A DNA stretch of 64,000 bases from positions 1,488,001-1,552,000 of the forward strand of contig OZ361256.1 in assembly GCA_977018835.1 (NCBI GenBank). The letters are read 5' to 3'. Origin of the DNA: Minutocellus sp. GHC0000111. Taxonomy: Eukaryota. A model generated the notes under the pieces. It saw nothing but the letters and a program-made list of their open reading frames with translations, searched no databases and had not been told where the DNA came from. A program made the position numbers and the translations under genes. Within the stretch, counting starts at the first letter, position 1; each line of letters starts with the position of its first letter. Of this stretch, positions 57,521 to 64,000 are shown piece after piece.

Positions 57521-57810
57521 GCAAAAAGAGGCCGAGAGGTCCTGGGATTGCTCTTACTCCCAGTCACTGCCTGCGCTGGTACATTATCTAATTGCTGATC
57601 TTGCTCGAGGGTGGAGATGCCTCGCGTTGCTCCTGGTTTTGCAATCTGGCCGGCGCTGTATCTTCTAGTAGCATCGATCACGTCGCCCCCGGTCCAAATA
57701 AATATTATCAGGGAGGGTGCGCGCTTATTGTGCTTGCTACTTCACGTTCTTTCTTTTGCACCTCCTCCCAACCCAACCCAACCCAACCCAACTCAATTCA
57801 CTTCGAATGA

Positions 57811-60621
57811 ATGGCCGGTTGGGGTGACGAGGACGACGATTACAGCTTCGGTGGAGTTGGTCAGCAGCAGACGCAGACGCAGTCGGCCGCCTATCGGGGA
57901 ACCATGCTCGGTGGTGGCGGAAACCGCGGCGGTGGCGATGACGATGGATATTCCAACGTTTTCGATATGGACGAGCAGGACGAGGAGCTGTACAACGACT
58001 CCTACGGCAACCAACAGCTCAACGGCGATGGCTACGCGGCAACGGCCGGTGGATCCGCCCCCGGGGAGATGGGAGGGGACGATTATGACACGTCGATGAC
58101 AGACAGCACGTACAAGCGCAAGAGACTGAGGAAATTGTTCTGTGTCGGCCTGCTCCTGCTGATAATCGGCGGATTGGTAGTTGCCTTGGCCATTGTCTTT
58201 TCCAATCGGAACAAAACTGAGGGTGGGAGTAGCAACAACAATTTGGGAGTGAATGACCGTGGGGCACCGACGTCCAAGCCTACCGTTCATGGAGATCATG
58301 TGCACGACGATGGGCACGATCACGGCGATGGAGATGGCGATGGCGGATCCTCCTTCTTCACCCCGACAATATCCCCACAGCCCACTACATCGGATGATTT
58401 CTGGGACGGTGTTGGGGTAGGAACTGGAGAAGACAAGGACAAGGGTAGCGGAGGAGATGTCTTTGCTCCGACGTCGTCACAGCCGACAATGGGAGGAGGA
58501 GATGGCGGGGTGGAACCAACTGCGATGGATTCGGGCGCCACTCCCGATCCCGCACCAGCGCCAGTAGTAGAGCCCACCGCGGCCGCGGAAGAACCTACAA
58601 CTAGTCCTATCGGGGGTGAACCTACGAGTGACGGTGGTGATGGTAATGGCGATGGAGGCGATGGAGGCGGTGGTGATGGCAATGGTGCAACTCCTGCACC
58701 AACAATCACTGGACTATTGAATGGTGGAGCAACGCCTGGACCAACACCCGGCGTCCAGGAAAATATATTTGACGAAAGTCCAAGTCCCACAAGCACCACA
58801 CCGGGCGGAGATGATTCTTTTCCGGTATTTGAGCCCACTTCTATGCCAGAGCCCACTTCTATGCCAGAGCCAACCTCAGATAGCACTAATGGAGGCGATG
58901 GAAGCGGACCAGGATCTGCGGTGACGCCGGTACCAAGTCCATTGCAGGGAGATGGTGGAGGCGACGGTGACAACAGTGAGGGTGGTGCTCCAGAGCCCTC
59001 GATGCAGCCAAATACTTCGGCGCCCTCGAAAATGCCTACGGATATGCCAACCGTCACACCTGGATCTCCAAGTAGAAGTCCTGTGACGAGCACGCCCACG
59101 ACGCCAAAGCCTTCGGTGTCACCAATTGCTGCAGGCGTGGATGATGACACTGGCAGTGATGTCGGAGATAATAATGGTGGCAGCAGTGACGGTAATGGAA
59201 GCGGTAACAACGCTGGAACATCAATACCTGCGACGCCGCTGCCGTCCAAGGCTCCGATAACGAATCCCCCTACTGTGACTCCAGGTGCTCCGTCCCGCTC
59301 GCCAATAAGTCCTGTGCCAACTACGACACGACCATCTCCTTCGCCAACTGCGGCGCAACCAACTCTGGACCCGACTAATTCTCCAACTGTGACACCAGGA
59401 AATCCGACAGGTAATCCGACGACACCGTCACCGACGCCCGCTTCAAATGCAGAAGTTGCTAATGACGGTGAAAATAGTGGATCAGACTCTTCTGTTGGTA
59501 CAGATGGTCTAGATCCCGGTCAAAGTGGCGGCGATGGGTCGAACAAAGTCGGCCAGAGCCAGCCCACAAAGGCACCAACAAAGATGCCGACGGTCGAGCC
59601 GGGTTCGCCGAGTAAAAGCCCGGTCTCCGATGCACCGACACCCGTAGCCGTTCCTTCACAAGTTACTTCTGGTGATTCGGCGTTGGCACCTATTGCTTCT
59701 CCGACGATTGTTAATCCTTCGGGAAGTGCTCCCAATTCTGGTTCAAGCCCATTAGCGCAGCCCACAGCGGATGCTGGTGACAATAACGGTGCTCCGACCT
59801 CTGTTGCACCACCGTCGGCGTCAAGTCCGGTAGCTCAACCCACCGAGGTGAACGGTGGTGATAACGCTACTCCCGTAGCTGTTCCTCCACCAGTAGCAGA
59901 GCCAACATCGGCTAGCTCAGGAGGTGGTGATAGCCCAACGCCGACCTCGGACTCGCAGCCTGTTCCAGCACCGGTTTCACAGCCAACCACTGCCACTGGT
60001 AACAGTGCACCCGTAGATCAGTCGCAGCCAACACCGGCACAGGCACCACAGGCAAATTCATCGCCCACTGCCTCTTCTCCAACTAATGATGAATCGGGAT
60101 CTACCTCCGGTTCAACTTTGGCACCAAATACCCAGCCGACGGCTTCGGCGTCGAGCCCGACATCTGCAGTTCGTGAGGGGGAACCGACGACTGTGAATCA
60201 AACCCCTCCGACGCCGGCACCACTTGCTCCAGCAGCAGTACCAACTCCAGCAACGACAACAGGGGTAACACCAACGCAGATACCTACGTGGCTTGCAAGC
60301 ATAAGTATGTGGTCGTTCAGTATCAGCAATTTATCAATTTCGGTATTGCCGTTCGCTGGGAGAAAAGCGAAAGAAAGAATCGATAATCGACGCAATACGA
60401 AACGACGCAACAATAAGCGAAAGGTGATGAAGACGAATAAAATGCCATTCGCCGCAAGTCACGTCCACGGAGATGATAATATCGAGGAAATTAGTACGGA
60501 GAAAGCTTCGCTCCATAGCACTACGATGGTGGCGCCCACAGATGCCAGGAGAGATAGCCAACTGAAAAGGATACGATTGGGGACGATGGACACAAAAAAC
60601 GACAATGCGGGGAAGAACTAA
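57811..60621 (+). CDS. Type II membrane mucin-like protein with Pro/Thr/Ser repeats
   Basis: Acidic N-terminus, basic cluster, single TM (LFCVGLLLLIIGGLVVALAIVF), repeated PTxxPTVTPGxPSxSP units. Confidence 0.8.
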   Translation: MAGWGDEDDDYSFGGVGQQQTQTQSAAYRGTMLGGGGNRGGGDDDGYSNVFDMDEQDEELYNDSYGNQQLNGDGYAATAGGSAPGEMGGDDYDTSMTDSTYKRKRLRKLFCVGLLLLIIGGLVVALAIVFSNRNKTEGGSSNNNLGVNDRGAPTSKPTVHGDHVHDDGHDHGDGDGDGGSSFFTPTISPQPTTSDDFWDGVGVGTGEDKDKGSGGDVFAPTSSQPTMGGGDGGVEPTAMDSGATPDPAPAPVVEPTAAAEEPTTSPIGGEPTSDGGDGNGDGGDGGGGDGNGATPAPTITGLLNGGATPGPTPGVQENIFDESPSPTSTTPGGDDSFPVFEPTSMPEPTSMPEPTSDSTNGGDGSGPGSAVTPVPSPLQGDGGGDGDNSEGGAPEPSMQPNTSAPSKMPTDMPTVTPGSPSRSPVTSTPTTPKPSVSPIAAGVDDDTGSDVGDNNGGSSDGNGSGNNAGTSIPATPLPSKAPITNPPTVTPGAPSRSPISPVPTTTRPSPSPTAAQPTLDPTNSPTVTPGNPTGNPTTPSPTPASNAEVANDGENSGSDSSVGTDGLDPGQSGGDGSNKVGQSQPTKAPTKMPTVEPGSPSKSPVSDAPTPVAVPSQVTSGDSALAPIASPTIVNPSGSAPNSGSSPLAQPTADAGDNNGAPTSVAPPSASSPVAQPTEVNGGDNATPVAVPPPVAEPTSASSGGGDSPTPTSDSQPVPAPVSQPTTATGNSAPVDQSQPTPAQAPQANSSPTASSPTNDESGSTSGSTLAPNTQPTASASSPTSAVREGEPTTVNQTPPTPAPLAPAAVPTPATTTGVTPTQIPTWLASISMWSFSISNLSISVLPFAGRKAKERIDNRRNTKRRNNKRKVMKTNKMPFAASHVHGDDNIEEISTEKASLHSTTMVAPTDARRDSQLKRIRLGTMDTKNDNAGKN

Positions 60622-60674
60622 GTCATATCGATTAATTTTGTTTTATGTATCACACACTGCCCAGCTACTAGTAG

Positions 60675-62051
60675 CTAAAGAATGAGGCACAATTTGACCA
60701 ACGCACTCAAAGCATGGCCTGTAACATCGAGTCTTTGCTCGATCACCTGTGTTTCCCCGAACCCAAGACCACCAAACCCCACTGGCGAGTCTTTGGAGAC
60801 TTGAGATTGCGACCACTCCACAAAGTAGACCGCGTTCATAGCATTGCGCTTGAGCAAAGCTGCTGTATCCTCGTCGCCAATGGTACTGGCAAGGCGAATG
60901 CCTTCGGCAATTGCGTCCAGACCACAGACAATCTCCACAGTATTCAGATTTGGATAGAATCGCTGACCCTGCTTCAGCTCTTTCCACGCCCTCGAATGCA
61001 CAATGTCCCGACACATGTCCAATACATGCTGTGCCACAAAGGTAGCTTGATCCAACCTACCCCGTCGCCCAAGTATGTCGTAAAAACGAGAAAGGCTCAT
61101 GATTTGCCAAATATTGAAGTTCACATCGGGTCTCTCTTGGTGATAATAGTCGCAGTAAAATATGTAGGCTCTCTCCATGCTTGATACGATGGATTCTCTG
61201 ACCGCTTCATCTACAACACTCCCAAATTTTTCAGATAAATCATAAACATCCATCAAGGCCAGCATTGCCTCGCCTGGAAAGAAGTCAATGCCCGTGTACA
61301 CATCGCCGCAATCATTCTGCCCGTTACTCGGAAATTCTACTCGGAATGCACCATCGGGTCATTGTCTGGAGAGGATGCCTTGAAGTAAGCCACTGATAAT
61401 TTTATGAATATCGGAGTCTGGACAAATGGATAATCTTTGAGCATTTGCAGTTGCCATTATCAGCAAAGCCGAGTGAGCAATATTGGCAGTCTCCTGGAGC
61501 ATGCTGGAATCAAGAGTCAATGCGGGACGATGTTGGTCTGCGCATCCACTTACAGCTTCAACCATTGGCGTCAACGGTTGGTATGCCTCGAGAGTGGAGC
61601 ACACCGCCGCCCGTAAATTTTGCCGCATTAGTTCAGTAGTATCGGTTTCATCGTTGGAGTCTCTCTGTCCATCATGTTGCTTACCGTGTGTTTCCAGAAA
61701 CAGCAATGCCTTGGTAGCATCCCAAGCCGCCGCCATGTCACGTATGGGCATGTGCCGATGTTCGCGCTCTCCGGTTGGAGGACGACAGATGTAAAAAAAA
61801 CGATTTGTTGTCGAATCCACCATGTCCAGAGCAAAGAACGATATCATGCGCGGGAGTATGTTGTCGGCAATTATGTCGGTTATGACATCGGTGCTGCCAC
61901 TCCTCAGCACGAGTGGTCTTCTTTGGGTGGTGCGCATGGTATTGGTAGAGCGGCTGAAGCCGCTGTTCGGGAAGCAGGGTGGTGGAGGCACAAAGGCATC
62001 ACACGCGGCGGCAACGGCGATGGAAATGGCAAGGCGCCGGGTAGAGGGCAT
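60675..62051 (-). CDS. Plastid-targeted (alpha/alpha)-barrel-like protein with an in-frame TGA at 61359-61361
   Basis: Signal ACDA|FVPP. ORFs 61359..62051 and 60675..61301 share a frame, separated only by the TGA in ILSRQ*PDGAF. Other motifs FPGEAMLAL and RLDVTGHA. Confidence 0.65.
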
Positions 62052-62317
62052 CGCCGGCCTAGTAGCGCTACTTCTGTAGCTACGTAGTAGTAGATCTACT
62101 GACTTTGGAGGCCACTCTGAACCTTCAATGTCGAAGGGCGGGCATCATCATGGATGCTTGTGGCTGGGTTCGCCTCAGTTTGCCTCATCCGCCTGCCTGC
62201 ATTTTTGCTCATCCTGAAAGAAAAAAAAGATGTGACGCCGAACTTCGCCGACCACCTCATTTACCCGCCTGTGGCCTGTGGTAGGAATTCCTAATTGTTG
62301 CCGTGATAACCGGAACA

Positions 62318-63259
62318 ATGAGATCTCCATTTGTGCCAAAGACGGCACATTTCGTGCAGGTAATCCTTTTGCTTATTACCACTCTTTTGCTTTCGCCATG
62401 CGATGCATTCGTTCAGCAACAAGCAGCGCCCTTGGCTCAAAGAAGACCAAGTGCCACCATCCCTTTGTTGGCCACGCCAGCCTCCAAAGAAAAGGAAGAA
62501 CAGTCGGCCAAGCGCATCGATGAGTTTTGCCGGGGCACAAACGAATTCTGGAAGAAGTTGGTGATTTTACCAGTGAGGGAGTACGTCGAGGTTCGACCGG
62601 GCGGCTCGGCGCCGTCCGATCCGCTTGCCAAGCTCACCGCGCCTCCCGAGGTGCCTGGCATCCCCCGCCCTGTCTGGTTGACAATACTTGGATCTGTTCC
62701 TACCGCTTTAGGATGGTATGGATATTACAAGTTCTCGGTTGAGGAGGAATTGTATCAGCATGAGTTGCAAACCGAGGGCCGAGTGACAGGATGTGGTGGT
62801 TATGGCACTTTGTTCCCATTCGTGTACGGTATCATTATTGGATTCCCACTATCTGTTCTGCACATACCTGGCGGTGAGACCATTCTCAACGCAGCGGCAT
62901 TTTGGATTCTAGCCAGTCAAGTCAACCTGTATCGCAGAGTCAATGAACTCACAGAGGAGGTCAAGGATGAGCTGGATTTGGAGGGTGATGGGCGTATGTT
63001 ATACGAATGGTGGGCTTTGCTACCTCCGCCTCTGGATGTTGTGGTTGGATTGAGGCAGGTTCACTTTCTGTCAGAGTACTGGCGAGTAAAGCGCGGGGAG
63101 GAGTACCAGAAGGATGTGGTGGCAGAAACCCTGTTTCCGTTCATAGCAAGGAAGGAGCGATTTACATTGAAACAGTTCTTTCGTGAGCCAAGCCACTGGT
63201 TCTGGTTTACGACTGAGTGGAAAGATTTTGACTTTGAGTTCTTGAAGGAGAAGGAATGA
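62318..63259 (+). CDS. Plastid-targeted membrane protein of unknown function
   Basis: Signal ends CDA|FVQ; several hydrophobic helices; Trp-rich C-terminus. Confidence 0.75.
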   Translation: MRSPFVPKTAHFVQVILLLITTLLLSPCDAFVQQQAAPLAQRRPSATIPLLATPASKEKEEQSAKRIDEFCRGTNEFWKKLVILPVREYVEVRPGGSAPSDPLAKLTAPPEVPGIPRPVWLTILGSVPTALGWYGYYKFSVEEELYQHELQTEGRVTGCGGYGTLFPFVYGIIIGFPLSVLHIPGGETILNAAAFWILASQVNLYRRVNELTEEVKDELDLEGDGRMLYEWWALLPPPLDVVVGLRQVHFLSEYWRVKRGEEYQKDVVAETLFPFIARKERFTLKQFFREPSHWFWFTTEWKDFDFEFLKEKE

Positions 63260-63382
63260 GTGTTCATTCAATATTGCAACGCAGGTTGGTATCCATAACA
63301 ATGGAGCTGCACTAGCTAATTGATTCGCTTGCCTACTAGCTAACTGTTTAAGTCCTTACTGGTGAATGTAATCGAACGATAC

Positions 63383-64000
63383 TCAATCGAGAACAAAGCG
63401 ACGAGCGGATATCTTGCGGTCGTCGTCACTGTCACCACCGTCATTATCATCGCCTTCATCGATGGGATTGCCATCCGCATCCACCAAACCCAATAAGAAT
63501 TTTGTCCTTCTGTGGTCTTCGCTTGATTCGGCATCACCCATGGACTTTCCGTTGCCCTCTTCTCCGCCTGCCTCGTCCGATAAACCCTCATCCGTCATGT
63601 CGATAACACCATCATCAGAGCTCTCATCGTCGGAATCCTCCTCCTCAAATAATTCCGTAAAGACATAGGTCGCGTTGGTTCCTGAGGAAATACCTGCCAT
63701 TTTACTCGCATCTCGCTTGCGCCATTCCAACAGACGACTCTCTACGGTCACCGGCACATAATATACCTTGACATGGACATTGTTCTTTTGGCCGTAGCGA
63801 TGACAACGAGCATAGGCTTGAGTCTCCTCTTCTTGTCTCGAAAATGGTTCAATGAGAAAAAATTTTGAAGCAGCCGTCAAAGTTAAACCACTAGCAGCTG
63901 CACCTGCTTGAACGACAAGGACTGGCCCGGTCTTGTTCGCCTCACAATTCATTGTTTCCCAAGCGGTGACCGCTTCTGCTGATGTAACAGTATCTTGGCC
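63383..64000 (-). CDS. C-terminus of a SNF2-family (Rad5/16-like) helicase, 5'-partial
   Basis: AAASGLTLTAASKFFLIEP...ETQAYARCHRYGQ gives helicase motifs V/VI, followed by an acidic tail. Confidence 0.85.
   Translation of the reverse strand, partial: GQDTVTSAEAVTAWETMNCEANKTGPVLVVQAGAAASGLTLTAASKFFLIEPFSRQEEETQAYARCHRYGQKNNVHVKVYYVPVTVESRLLEWRKRDASKMAGISSGTNATYVFTELFEEEDSDDESSDDGVIDMTDEGLSDEAGGEEGNGKSMGDAESSEDHRRTKFLLGLVDADGNPIDEGDDNDGGDSDDDRKISARRFVLD

Noticed and set aside
57766..57791. (CCCAA)n run upstream of the mucin-like gene
   Set aside because: Short simple repeat in a pyrimidine/CA-rich 5' leader; no further structure.
61359..61361. In-frame TGA read as selenocysteine
   Set aside because: The context RQ*PDGAF fits Arg, there is no redox motif, and no SECIS is visible in the very short 3' region.

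Overview
Gene-dense eukaryotic nuclear DNA, almost certainly from a diatom: short GT-AG introns, bipartite plastid-targeting signals (xA|FVP-type cleavage sites), a frustulin and chitin-binding wall proteins. It holds about 27 protein genes (FANCI, SufE-MnmA fusion, receptor kinase/cyclase with a phosphonate-binding ectodomain, ABC1 kinase, P450, frustulin, two BTB proteins, MBD+GNAT protein, RBM39, NAT10, DEDD exonuclease, beta-helix protein, SNF2 helicase end), one tRNA-Asn and an intronic box C/D snoRNA. Best leads: (1) a small gene the ORF track splits, with an in-frame UGA in an SxxU motif and a SECIS-like hairpin in its 3' UTR (36337-36964), i.e. a candidate unannotated selenoprotein, head-to-head with a thioredoxin-like [2Fe-2S] gene; (2) a plastid-targeted SufE-MnmA fusion; (3) a dual-guide C/D snoRNA in NAT10 intron 1; (4) a candidate poison exon in RBM39. 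Caveat: several genes carry single-base frameshifts or nonsense codons, so consensus errors or a decayed haplotype are possible. All family calls are from motif recognition by eye, not database searches.
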